Below, piece after piece: positions 52,004-62,498 of a stretch of 64,000 nucleotides of DNA. The stretch comes from Naegleria gruberi (Eukaryota), in assembly GCA_000004985.1 (NCBI GenBank), contig GG738860.1; one strand, given 5' to 3'. A program made the position numbers and the translations under genes. Under the pieces are notes generated by a model. The model searched no databases. It saw only the letters and a list, made by a program, of their open reading frames with translations, and had not been told where the DNA came from. Every line of letters begins with the position of its first letter. Positions within the stretch are counted from its first letter, which is position 1.

Positions 52004-52744
52004 TTACATGCATAATGTAAAATACAATAATACTAGTAAGGTGATCAAAGTTGTAGTACCTCCTGATAGACTTGAATGTAGTGTCATTGAATTGCCTGTA
52101 CACATGACAGAATCTGCCATATCAAAACTCTTCCAAGAACCTTGATAAACTCTATTAATTCCATTACTTGTTGATAGACATCTAAAATCTATCAACTCTC
52201 TCGAGTTACAACTTGCATAATAATTCTCACACGAGGACATGCAGAGATTGTAAATTTGTGTTGACTCGTCCCTACTCACATCACATAGTGGAAAGAAGTG
52301 TTGACAAATGTAACGTCTTGCTGCATTGTAGCACTGACTTTTTTGAAATAATCCCTTGTGATAGACTTCCGAGTTGAATGATAATAATGCCTGTCTATCA
52401 CTCAATTTTAAATAATCAACAATTGTCAAGTTGTAAGAGTCAAAGGTTGATGAAGAATTGGTGAGTGTTAAATTATTAGATATGCAAATTCGTATCGATT
52501 CGTTGAGTGTCATGTACTCGTTGATAGTTTCCAAGCAGAAAGTTTCGTTTGCATTCGTTTGCGAAATAAAATCATAGAGAAGAGGAGAAGATAGAGAGGT
52601 ACATTCACCCGAACAAGATCCATAGAAATTGTTATTGTTTAATGTTTCCGATTCGTTCATAAGTGTGAACACCAAGAGAATGACAAGAAAGAATGAAGGA
52701 TTTTTCATGTTGTTGGAATTTTTTTTGATTTGTGAATTGGCCAA
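52004..52744 (-). CDS. secreted/GPI-anchored-type Cys-rich protein (signal peptide, many N-glyc sequons, C-terminal hydrophobic tail); possible Frizzled-like CRD
   Basis: The N-terminus MKNPSFFLVILLVFTLMNES is a signal-peptide candidate. There are 14 Cys with spacing ...CQHFFPLC...LCMSSCENYYASC...C..., multiple N.T/N.S sequons, and a C-terminal GGTTTLITLLVLLYFTLCM* (GPI-signal-like). Confidence 0.5.
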   Translation of the reverse strand: MANSQIKKNSNNMKNPSFFLVILLVFTLMNESETLNNNNFYGSCSGECTSLSSPLLYDFISQTNANETFCLETINEYMTLNESIRICISNNLTLTNSSSTFDSYNLTIVDYLKLSDRQALLSFNSEVYHKGLFQKSQCYNAARRYICQHFFPLCDVSRDESTQIYNLCMSSCENYYASCNSRELIDFRCLSTSNGINRVYQGSWKSFDMADSVMCTGNSMTLHSSLSGGTTTLITLLVLLYFTLCM

Positions 52745-52812
52745 TAATTATAATCACCTCAATTTTTGTCTCGAAACGAGGATGTGCTTGCAATTTAAAT
52801 TTTAAAAAAAAA

Positions 52813-53327
52813 ATGATGTCAGCAACAGGAAATCATCATGAACAACAAAATAATGAACAACAGCAGTCGGAAAGAGCCAACCGTAAAAAGATTTTAGATG
52901 CTGTCTTGGAGTATTATTCAGAGGCTTTTTCTATAGAAAAAAGTAACGAGCAAATTAAAAACAAAATGGACCTTTGTTTACCGAAACATGTCTGTAAGCG
53001 TATTTCATTTAAATTATTGAAAACAGGAGCAAATATAAATTCCATTAGTGAGAAAGTTTTGAAAATTCCAAAAAAAGAAAAGAAAATTGAAAATCATGAA
53101 GAAGTGCTTCTTTCCCAAGCAGACTTGGATGATTTTAATAAGGAACCAACACAACATGACACTGAGGAGAAAAAAAAACAAATAATGGAGTATACTGAGC
53201 AGTATGTTCAGAAAAAGTCACAGAGTGTGCTTTCACAGATGGATAGTATTACTTTTCCCAAAAAGATTAGAGCAAGACTTGATCAAATTTCTAATATTAT
53301 TGCTAAAACCTGTATTCATCTAGAAGA
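52813..53327 (+). CDS. 5' part of a hypothetical gene running into the 1484-N gap
   Basis: ATG at 52813: MMSATGNHHEQQNNEQQQSERANRKKILDAVLEYYSEAF... is open to the gap edge. No family recognised. Confidence 0.4.
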
Positions 53328-54811
53328 NNNNNNNNNNNNNNNNNNNNNNNNNNNNNNNNNNNNNNNNNNNNNNNNNNNNNNNNNNNNNNNNNNNNNNNNN
53401 NNNNNNNNNNNNNNNNNNNNNNNNNNNNNNNNNNNNNNNNNNNNNNNNNNNNNNNNNNNNNNNNNNNNNNNNNNNNNNNNNNNNNNNNNNNNNNNNNNNN
53501 NNNNNNNNNNNNNNNNNNNNNNNNNNNNNNNNNNNNNNNNNNNNNNNNNNNNNNNNNNNNNNNNNNNNNNNNNNNNNNNNNNNNNNNNNNNNNNNNNNNN
53601 NNNNNNNNNNNNNNNNNNNNNNNNNNNNNNNNNNNNNNNNNNNNNNNNNNNNNNNNNNNNNNNNNNNNNNNNNNNNNNNNNNNNNNNNNNNNNNNNNNNN
53701 NNNNNNNNNNNNNNNNNNNNNNNNNNNNNNNNNNNNNNNNNNNNNNNNNNNNNNNNNNNNNNNNNNNNNNNNNNNNNNNNNNNNNNNNNNNNNNNNNNNN
53801 NNNNNNNNNNNNNNNNNNNNNNNNNNNNNNNNNNNNNNNNNNNNNNNNNNNNNNNNNNNNNNNNNNNNNNNNNNNNNNNNNNNNNNNNNNNNNNNNNNNN
53901 NNNNNNNNNNNNNNNNNNNNNNNNNNNNNNNNNNNNNNNNNNNNNNNNNNNNNNNNNNNNNNNNNNNNNNNNNNNNNNNNNNNNNNNNNNNNNNNNNNNN
54001 NNNNNNNNNNNNNNNNNNNNNNNNNNNNNNNNNNNNNNNNNNNNNNNNNNNNNNNNNNNNNNNNNNNNNNNNNNNNNNNNNNNNNNNNNNNNNNNNNNNN
54101 NNNNNNNNNNNNNNNNNNNNNNNNNNNNNNNNNNNNNNNNNNNNNNNNNNNNNNNNNNNNNNNNNNNNNNNNNNNNNNNNNNNNNNNNNNNNNNNNNNNN
54201 NNNNNNNNNNNNNNNNNNNNNNNNNNNNNNNNNNNNNNNNNNNNNNNNNNNNNNNNNNNNNNNNNNNNNNNNNNNNNNNNNNNNNNNNNNNNNNNNNNNN
54301 NNNNNNNNNNNNNNNNNNNNNNNNNNNNNNNNNNNNNNNNNNNNNNNNNNNNNNNNNNNNNNNNNNNNNNNNNNNNNNNNNNNNNNNNNNNNNNNNNNNN
54401 NNNNNNNNNNNNNNNNNNNNNNNNNNNNNNNNNNNNNNNNNNNNNNNNNNNNNNNNNNNNNNNNNNNNNNNNNNNNNNNNNNNNNNNNNNNNNNNNNNNN
54501 NNNNNNNNNNNNNNNNNNNNNNNNNNNNNNNNNNNNNNNNNNNNNNNNNNNNNNNNNNNNNNNNNNNNNNNNNNNNNNNNNNNNNNNNNNNNNNNNNNNN
54601 NNNNNNNNNNNNNNNNNNNNNNNNNNNNNNNNNNNNNNNNNNNNNNNNNNNNNNNNNNNNNNNNNNNNNNNNNNNNNNNNNNNNNNNNNNNNNNNNNNNN
54701 NNNNNNNNNNNNNNNNNNNNNNNNNNNNNNNNNNNNNNNNNNNNNNNNNNNNNNNNNNNNNNNNNNNNNNNNNNNNNNNNNNNNNNNNNNNNNNNNNNNN
54801 NNNNNNNNNNN
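53328..54811. other. assembly gap (1484 N)
   Basis: Run of n. Confidence 1.
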
Positions 54812-55584
54812 ATTTAATTAACAATATGGAAATTAAATATTTAGGATTAAAAAATGAAATTTTTATTTCAATTTTATCACCAACAATTGTGTGGTATGAT
54901 TACTTTGTTTCAAATTATTGTAAAATTTATCCATTAAAAGATTATAAATTAATTTTATTATTAATTATTAAATTATTTATTGATAATTTAAATGGATTAA
55001 AATTATTACATGAATTAAATATTTCACATATTGATTTTAACATTTTAAATTCTAACATAATATTAAATAATTGTTCTGATTTAATTAGTAAATATTTAAA
55101 AGAAAATAATTTACCAACATTTAATATGGTATTAATTGATTTTAATAGTTCAAAATTAGAAAGTCAATTATTATTTACAAATGAATACATTCCAAAAACA
55201 ACACATTATCCTCCTGATTATAAATTATATTATGATAATATAAAACCAAATATATCATTTACAAAAGCACATGATATTTATTCATTATCTATTGTAATGA
55301 TTCAATATATTAACATTTTGATTAATTGTTATGGGAATAATTGCTTTCAAATGAAATCAAATACTATTAGATATATAAATCAATCACATAGAAACAAAGA
55401 CGAACCATTCAATATTGATTTTAATATTTTAAATTTTAATATTTTAAATAGTTTTGAAAAGGAAATTTTTAATGAATTATTTGAAATGATAAGAGAAATG
55501 AATTTAAACCCTTGGAAAATTATTAATGAAAAAGATTATTGTTTACAACAATTAGAAAAATTACAAAATAATGTATTGAATTAG
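54812..55584 (+). CDS. extremely AT-rich protein-kinase-like C-lobe fragment (possible pseudokinase); 5' end lost in gap
   Basis: It is open from the gap edge to TAG at 55582-55584. LHELNISHIDFNILNSNIIL (HRD-region-like with HID), LIDFNSS (DFG-like DFN), PPDYKLYYDN (APE-like), DIYSLSIVM (DIWSLG-like). Composition is about 85% A+T versus about 65-70% elsewhere. Confidence 0.35.
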
Positions 55585-56023
55585 AATATTTCTGATACAT
55601 CTTCTTCATCACCTATAATTAATAGTGAAATGAAAAATTCACATCAAATGAAACAATGATATTGTCAAATGATTCTTTTTTCCTCAAATTTAATAGTCTC
55701 CCAATATAATCACTTTTGGCAACTTGTATTCCCTAAATATCATTGTCAATTATAATATTTCATTTCACCACAGAAGAGATTTTCTAAAAAATCAATTTTC
55801 TCATCAATTAAATTCCTAATTGTTCAATTTTTACGATATGTTTCCGATAAAATTGAAGAATTTGTTTCCAATAGAATGTATCTATTGCGATACGATTGTA
55901 AGTTGATTTGTTGATCAATAAAATGTTTCGAATATGTTTTAATTAGAGGTAATTAAAGGAAATATTTCGGTTTGTAATCCTGAGGAAAACTAAAAGTTTC
56001 TTATAAATATTGGAAATCAAAAA

Positions 56024-58735
56024 ATGAAAAGAAAACCAATCACGTCATCCTCTGCCAGCAAGAAGGCGAAAACTACCAATACAGAACAGCAACCAATAAT
56101 CATTTCATCACAAGATTCGAATAATGAAGAATCGAACAATGATCAATATTATGATCCGGATACTATCTTTCTATTAGATTCCAATGGTGAGTTTGTGATA
56201 ATCCCCGATGACCAAGAACCAATTTCATCAGAAGAAACAGAAGAAACTAATTTATTAGTTTCATCATCGCAATCACCACCTTTTGATTATTCGATTTATA
56301 CTAGTATCGATCAATTTCTAATAATTCCCACACACAACTTGATAAAGGAAATTCCACACGAAATTATCGCAAATTGGATGTTCTACATGGACAAACAAAC
56401 TCTTTTCAATTTCATTAGAGTTTCTCGAGAAGTTTACAATATATTTGATGAAATTTATGCAGAGAGTGTGGAAAGATTGAGATTGGAAATTTTAAATAAC
56501 AAGAGAAAGAGTAGTGATTTGAATCGATTATTGGATTTGTTTTCGAATGAAAGTCGAGAGAGAAGTGGTGAGAAAGTTATGCTGACCTATGATGACTATT
56601 TCAGAATGAGAAGTTTTACACCGTGGCCTTTGAGTTATTTTCATGATAGGACTCGGTTTGAGAGTGTTGTGAATGAAAATGATCCTCAAATTAAAGTTAT
56701 TAATGAAAAGGCAGATGAACAGATGGCACGTCTATTAGAAATGAATAATGAACAAATGAACAAAGAAACTGCTCAATATGAAAAGGTATTGCCATATGGA
56801 GTTTTTCCAAGAAAAGACATTTACTATTTGACTTTTAATCAATTGGTAAAGAGAAAGTGTGTCAAAAATCTGAAAGAAGACTTGTACATGTATACAGATC
56901 AAGCATATAAAATTGAAAGAGTGATAACAAGTGATTTATATGCAAATGAGGAGAAGAAATATAGTGTGGATTATCATACATATGTGGATAAACACAGTCA
57001 TCCAACAACTGTATATATTGAGAGAATTGTTCGGTTTTTCAAACATCCAAATGAAATGACATTCTCTGACTTTGATAATAGATTCAAGAATAATTTTCTT
57101 AGTGAACTAGCAAGAATATTAGTATATGATTGTGTATTTGAATATAACAAATCAACCAAGACAAGAGAAAGATTTGTTGTATCTGGTGGATCACTGCTTC
57201 ACACTCTTACTGGATGTGGCTGTCAAGATATTGACATTTTTATTATCAATAATCAAGAACCCGATGAAATTGTCAATCAAGCAATCAAACAGGTTTTATT
57301 GAAATTTGAAGAAAAAACCTCAAACTTTACCTATAATATAATGGGTTCAAAAACTACTATTAATATTTGTGAAGAAAGACCTAAAATGAGTATTGCAAAT
57401 GGTTATAGAGTTGAGACCAATCAGAATATTCAGATTGTTCTTTTGAGATATGATTCCATTGAAGAGTTATTACTATTCTTTGATTTGGATTGCTGTAAAT
57501 TGGCATTTGATGGAATTAGAGTTTACACAGTATTGGAATGTTTGAGATCTTTAAAATATAAGATTAACTTTCTTCCAAAACGGACAGGAAATACAGAAAT
57601 CAACAGAGCTAGGGCTTTAAAATACGGTTTTAGAGGTTTTTTTACTTTCACACTCGATACAGATCATCCTCTCTCTCATGCCATGCATTGTGACTTTGTT
57701 GTTGAGAAGCTCAGAAAAAAGATAACAACAGAATACAAAGAGACCCGAATTGATGATATTTACAATGGTAGACGAAATCCTACGACTCAGTTCTTTGTGC
57801 AACCAAAAGATTTTAGCTTTGCAGCACCTATGAAGGAATCGTCAGATCTCGATGAATCAAATTACCTCTATCCATTGATATTGAGAAATGTGGATTATCA
57901 TTTTGTTGATTTGTGTAAATCTATTGGACTCGGTGCTGCATTGTGGAAATTGAAAAAAAACATTTCGAGAGAACGTTCTTGTTACATATTTGATTTCCTT
58001 CTCGATGGAGATACTAAAAGCAAGGCCCTATTCACTTCTGAATTGAAATTAGAAAATTCTGAAAGAAAGGGTGGTTCTGAAATGTTAGAAAAGCTAATTT
58101 CATTAGATGGCTACACATTCTTAGATAGACCTTCTGAACTTTTCAAAAACCTGCAACAAGATTATAATCTCGTCAAAAACAAGTATTCATACTCTCACCT
58201 AGTTCAGAAATATAATATTGTGAATTGTGCCAAATGTTCCAACTATATTTATTCAACACAAATTGCATCTCAATTGAGGTTAAAGAAGAGACAACATGAC
58301 TCGTCCATTGAAATTCCAAAATTTGACACAATTAACGAAAATAATTTCAATCCAGAAATTCATTTCTGTTGTGATTCCTGTTTAAGGAAGGTGAATGGCA
58401 TGATAAAGTTTAGAGCTTTTATCCAATCAACAAGTTATGGAGTTTCTGGAGCTGAAAAAGGAATTGTAACTCTGTTAGTGGAACAAGATCAGAATTCAGG
58501 AATTTCAAAGAGGAAAATCTTTATATATTTGGAAGGGGCTTATGGACTGGAAGAATTGCAAATTGCATTTTATTCCTTACTGAATTATAGGAAATATATT
58601 GAGTACATTTCAGTGGATGATGAAATTCATGTAAAATTGGCAAACACAACAATTGTTTCGTCTGACTATGAAGTTCTCTATCCTCCAAAAACTTACCCTC
58701 CAAAATTTGATTGGATGTTCAATGGATCAATGTGA
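56024..58735 (+). CDS. 903-aa protein with F-box-like motif, a Pol-beta-type nucleotidyltransferase core motif and C-terminal Cx2C...Cx2C pairs
   Basis: Uninterrupted ORF. LIIPTHNLIKEIPHEIIANWMFYMDKQTLFNFIRVSREVYNIF is F-box-like. FVVSGGSLLHTLTGCGCQDIDIFI fits h[GS]S-x11-DhD (cGAS/OAS/Cid1-type NTase signature). A candidate third acidic residue sits about 83 aa later (LLFFDLDCC). Cys pairs are CAKC...CCDSC. Confidence 0.55.
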   Translation: MKRKPITSSSASKKAKTTNTEQQPIIISSQDSNNEESNNDQYYDPDTIFLLDSNGEFVIIPDDQEPISSEETEETNLLVSSSQSPPFDYSIYTSIDQFLIIPTHNLIKEIPHEIIANWMFYMDKQTLFNFIRVSREVYNIFDEIYAESVERLRLEILNNKRKSSDLNRLLDLFSNESRERSGEKVMLTYDDYFRMRSFTPWPLSYFHDRTRFESVVNENDPQIKVINEKADEQMARLLEMNNEQMNKETAQYEKVLPYGVFPRKDIYYLTFNQLVKRKCVKNLKEDLYMYTDQAYKIERVITSDLYANEEKKYSVDYHTYVDKHSHPTTVYIERIVRFFKHPNEMTFSDFDNRFKNNFLSELARILVYDCVFEYNKSTKTRERFVVSGGSLLHTLTGCGCQDIDIFIINNQEPDEIVNQAIKQVLLKFEEKTSNFTYNIMGSKTTINICEERPKMSIANGYRVETNQNIQIVLLRYDSIEELLLFFDLDCCKLAFDGIRVYTVLECLRSLKYKINFLPKRTGNTEINRARALKYGFRGFFTFTLDTDHPLSHAMHCDFVVEKLRKKITTEYKETRIDDIYNGRRNPTTQFFVQPKDFSFAAPMKESSDLDESNYLYPLILRNVDYHFVDLCKSIGLGAALWKLKKNISRERSCYIFDFLLDGDTKSKALFTSELKLENSERKGGSEMLEKLISLDGYTFLDRPSELFKNLQQDYNLVKNKYSYSHLVQKYNIVNCAKCSNYIYSTQIASQLRLKKRQHDSSIEIPKFDTINENNFNPEIHFCCDSCLRKVNGMIKFRAFIQSTSYGVSGAEKGIVTLLVEQDQNSGISKRKIFIYLEGAYGLEELQIAFYSLLNYRKYIEYISVDDEIHVKLANTTIVSSDYEVLYPPKTYPPKFDWMFNGSM

Positions 58736-58989
58736 GCTAGATACAAAAGTATTATTTTGTTTGGATCATTGTCCTTCAGTTTGTAGTGGAATTTAAATAA
58801 ATTTCTGAATTTCTCATACAATTTTTATTAGATAAAGCCCTAATGTTGGAATACCTGAAATGATGAGAGTGTGGAATTCAAATACCAATAATCCACAACA
58901 CTCTTTGGTTTACATAAAAAGTCAAATGAATTCAGAAAGCAAGAGCTGCTCAAACGCAAAACCACAATCTTGATAAATTAAAAACAATT

Positions 58990-59063
58990 TACCGACAATG
59001 GGGCTCGAACCCACGACCCCAGGATTAGAAGTCCTGTGCTCTATCCAACTGAGCTATGACGGC
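58990..59063 (-). tRNA. tRNA-Arg (anticodon TCT) candidate
   Basis: The reverse complement is GCCGTCATAGCTCAGTTGGATAGAGCACAGGACTTCTAATCCTGGGGTCGTGGGTTCGAGCCCCATTGTCGGTA. D stem GCTC/GAGC, anticodon stem CAGGA/TCCTG with loop CTTCTAA, and T arm GTGGG-TTCGAGC-CCCAT are all well formed. The acceptor stem has G1.T72 and T5.T68 non-Watson-Crick pairs. AAATTGTTTT follows the 3' end. Confidence 0.6.
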
Positions 59064-59532
59064 TACATGTTGAAAATGAAAAATTTCACACAAAACCGTG
59101 ATCAACCTTACACCTAGCATAAAATTTTCCTTAACGAACCCAATCTCCACTAGTAATTTCAGTTCCCTCCCGTGTACTCTAAAGTTTTATTGTCCAATAA
59201 CCACTTCCGACCACTCCCTACCTTATCAAAACATGCATTCTTATTCAATCATCCCTATCACATACCTTCTCCCAATACTTGTTCTAACCATTAATTCAAA
59301 AAAACATTACCTTGCATTCAACAGAATGTGTGTTTAAGAAAATAATTCTAGTAACACCAAGCCAAACACATGCAAATCTTACCAAAAGCATAAAATTAAG
59401 CGCACATTCATAAATTGAAAAATTATTCCGTTGCCTAAAACCGAGCTCAAGGAAAATACCACACAAACACATGTTTGCCAATTGGTAATTCAATGGTTTA
59501 ACACGAAATAAACAACACAACATTTAAACAAA

Positions 59533-61245
59533 ATGGTACTACATGATGCTTCCCCAACAACAACGAGTAGTGCGGTTGACCAACAAATTAAACAATACAG
59601 GTTTAAAATAGAGGCTGTTTTTGACCACAAGGAGGCGAGAGAAATATTTAGGGAATATATGAAGAAGGATTGTCTCAATGAAGGTGAGTTTACTTTTACC
59701 TTTCGAATAATAATTATTGTGTTATTGTGATGGTTTCGAATTATCACCACCAATCAAAATAATCAATTAATTTCAAACACAACTCTCAATTAAAAATTTG
59801 AATAAGAACCCTTGTTATTTTACGAAAGTGTTGAAAAATACTTGAACACCCGATTAGATAAGAATCGATTAGAATTGGCTGCTGATATCACTGAACATTT
59901 CATCACAGTTAGCCAACATGAATTAAACCTCTCCATGTCTATTCGAAATGATATCCTAACCCGATGGGAACAAATCGAAGAAAGAAACAAGAATGTCATT
60001 GATGATGATTTAATTGCCTGTCCAATTGATTTATTCAGCAGAGCTCAGGATGTAATTTTCATCGAGATGAAACAAGATAATTTTTCAAGATTTGTCGATT
60101 CTGATATTTTCAAAAAGTTTCTAATAAGAGAATTGAAGAAGAATGATCATATTTTGGAATCTTTGGGCACGTGTAAATTCAATTCAAGAACTGGCTCTTT
60201 GGGAAGTTTATCATCTGAGGATTTGATGAATAATTTGACACCAGTTTCATCTTCCATTTCATCTTCACCATTACATGCAATTTCACATTCACAACCAAAT
60301 AATTCTAGTTTTTCTGGGAATGTGAATTTAACTCCAAGAAGTTCTCAAGATAGTGAGAGTGATTCACTCGATGAGAAAATTGCAACTTTCTATGAGAAAC
60401 AAAATGATTCGAATGAAAGTTTACTCTTGCCAATTATTGATGATATGAGTCCATATATAACTCCAAAAGATTATGATTTGGGAATGAAACTTGTAAATTC
60501 ATTGAATGATTCGAATATGTGGAAAACTATTGATGAAAAAGTTGGACTCAAGACACTTGTCAGTAATCCTGTTTTTAGTTTTTCTCCAAGAAAGAGTGAA
60601 AGTGGGAAGATAATTGTCTGCAATTCTGGAATTCTCACTGGTAAACCAAGAGATTGGTTGAATTTGTTATTCTCTGATTCTATCAATAAGATGATTCATG
60701 AAAAGATGAAGAAGAGATTCCAAGTTGACTATATCAAAATTAATCCAAAGAATGGAGCTCACTACCCAAACACAATAGTATACACTGAAGCTCAATTTCC
60801 ATTTCCATTGACTAATAGAGATTTCATCTTTTGTAGAAGTGTAATTCCAGATCTTTACAATGAAACTACTGGAGAATATGACAGATATGTCTTTATTCAA
60901 AAACCAACTCAACATCACGAATATCCAGCCAGAAACTCACCAATCAGAGCACTCCACTACATTTTCTACATTGTTGAAAAGAAGACTCAATCCAGTGTTA
61001 AATATTCAGTATTCGAAACTGGAGATCTCTCCGGCAAAATTCCACCAAAGATTGTTTCAAGCTTTTTCAAGACTATTGCTAATGCCATGCACAAGAAAGT
61101 CATCAAAGCATGTGAAAAGATCTATAACGAAGAAATCGTTTCCAAAGATGCTGATGGCGCCCTATCAACCCTCACTGAAATGCTCAAATATTTGGAACAT
61201 GAAAGAGCTAACAAGTCAAACTCAACAATAGCTGAAAAACATTAA
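59533..61245 (+). CDS. RGS domain + START (Bet v1-like lipid-binding) domain protein, 2 exons (59533-59683, 59807-61245)
   Basis: Exon 1 is ...YRFKIEAVFDHKEAREIFREYMKKDCLNE|GTGAGT, with a 123-nt intron. Exon 2 is EPLLFYESVEKYLNT...IDLFSRAQDVIFIEMKQDNFSRFVDSDIFKKFL (RGS box C-terminal signature). The C-terminal ~200 aa are RDFIFCRSV...IRALHYIFYIVEKKTQSSVKYSVFETGDLSGKIPPKIVSSFFKT (START-like). Confidence 0.65.
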
Positions 61246-61394
61246 TACTTGTGTAAAATATATTCATCATCATCATGGATTTCAATATCAGAATTTTTGA
61301 GAGTTTCTGATATTTTTGTAAATTCAATAAATTTTTGAAAACAGATTTGAAAACTTTACAAAATTTCTTAGCTGAAAAATCAATAATTAAAAAA

Positions 61395-62429
61395 ATGCAA
61401 ACAAAATTAAATGAATTACCGTTAGAATTGATAAGAGAAGTTCAATGTTACTCTAGTCGTGTTGAATTGATATTTTTGTGGAGTTTTACTTGTCGGAATT
61501 GGAGGCGAATGGTTTGTGAATTGATTTGGGAAGATTACAATGAAGTGATTAAGAAATTTTCCAATAACAGATACGAAATGAATTTCAATGATGATTATGA
61601 AAACTTTCTCTATTCGAAAGAAGGAAGAAAGTTTACTAAATATTTAATTAGAAAGCATGTTTACGAAATGGCTTGTCTCCTATCCGAAGAAGAAGAAATG
61701 ATTGCACAACATTTTGATTCAGTTTCGGAACGATGGATTGATGAACAATTGAAATATTTGAAAAATGTTTTTAATCAATTCTCAGATTTGAAATTAGAAA
61801 AACAAAGTTCAATTGAACTATCCAGATCAACACTATTCGACAATGCTCTTTCCTTCATAGGCTCCTTCTTCTTGCCAAATAATTCTTCAAATGATGTGAA
61901 GGATTTCGATTTCCTTTCAAAAATCCTATTGGAAGGAGAAAGATCGAGTGGAAAGTCATCGTTCCTCTATTGTGCAATGAATAATGGTGAAATTATTCAA
62001 AATTCAATGCCTCCAATTGCCTGTTTTGCTCGGAAAATATTAACAATTGGTCAAGAAAGAGTTAAGATTGAAGTGTGGGAAAGTGGTGGAGAAAGATATC
62101 GGCCTCTGATTGCTGCCAATTATCGAAGAGTTGAATTTATTTTGATATTTGTGGATCCTTTCAAATGGAATTCGAAACAGTCCACTGAATTATTGAGCAA
62201 AATCAAGGAAGATATTGAGAAATATTCATCGAAAAAGATTGAGGTTATCTTTATTACAACAAGGAAAGACATTGAACAAGAGAAACGAAACCTTTCTAAT
62301 GAAAAAGCAGATGAATATGCTTTTGATAATTATTTTGGAGCTCTACATTTCAATATTACAAATAATCAAGCTGAGGAACCAAAAAGAATCATTTGGTATT
62401 GCACATTACTCAAGTATTTACTTTCGTAA
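61395..62429 (+). CDS. F-box-like motif + divergent Ras/Rab-like small GTPase domain (catalytic Gln absent)
   Basis: LNELPLELIREVQCYSSRVELIFLWSFTCRNWRRMV is F-box-like. GERSSGKSSFL is G1, VWESGGERYR is G3 (DTAGQE with the Q missing), and ITTRKD is G4 (NKxD variant). Confidence 0.55.
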   Translation: MQTKLNELPLELIREVQCYSSRVELIFLWSFTCRNWRRMVCELIWEDYNEVIKKFSNNRYEMNFNDDYENFLYSKEGRKFTKYLIRKHVYEMACLLSEEEEMIAQHFDSVSERWIDEQLKYLKNVFNQFSDLKLEKQSSIELSRSTLFDNALSFIGSFFLPNNSSNDVKDFDFLSKILLEGERSSGKSSFLYCAMNNGEIIQNSMPPIACFARKILTIGQERVKIEVWESGGERYRPLIAANYRRVEFILIFVDPFKWNSKQSTELLSKIKEDIEKYSSKKIEVIFITTRKDIEQEKRNLSNEKADEYAFDNYFGALHFNITNNQAEEPKRIIWYCTLLKYLLS

Positions 62430-62498
62430 CAAATTATTGTAAATTCCCTTAACTTGAATTATTTAAAAGTAATATTAAAATATTAAAAATTTATTGAA

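Noticed and set aside
53316-54824. 502-aa minus-strand ORF and the 950-aa plus-strand ORF spanning 53328-54811
   Set aside because: Both exist only because N translates to X. The pre-gap (52813-53327) and post-gap (54812-55584) pieces cannot be shown to belong to one gene.
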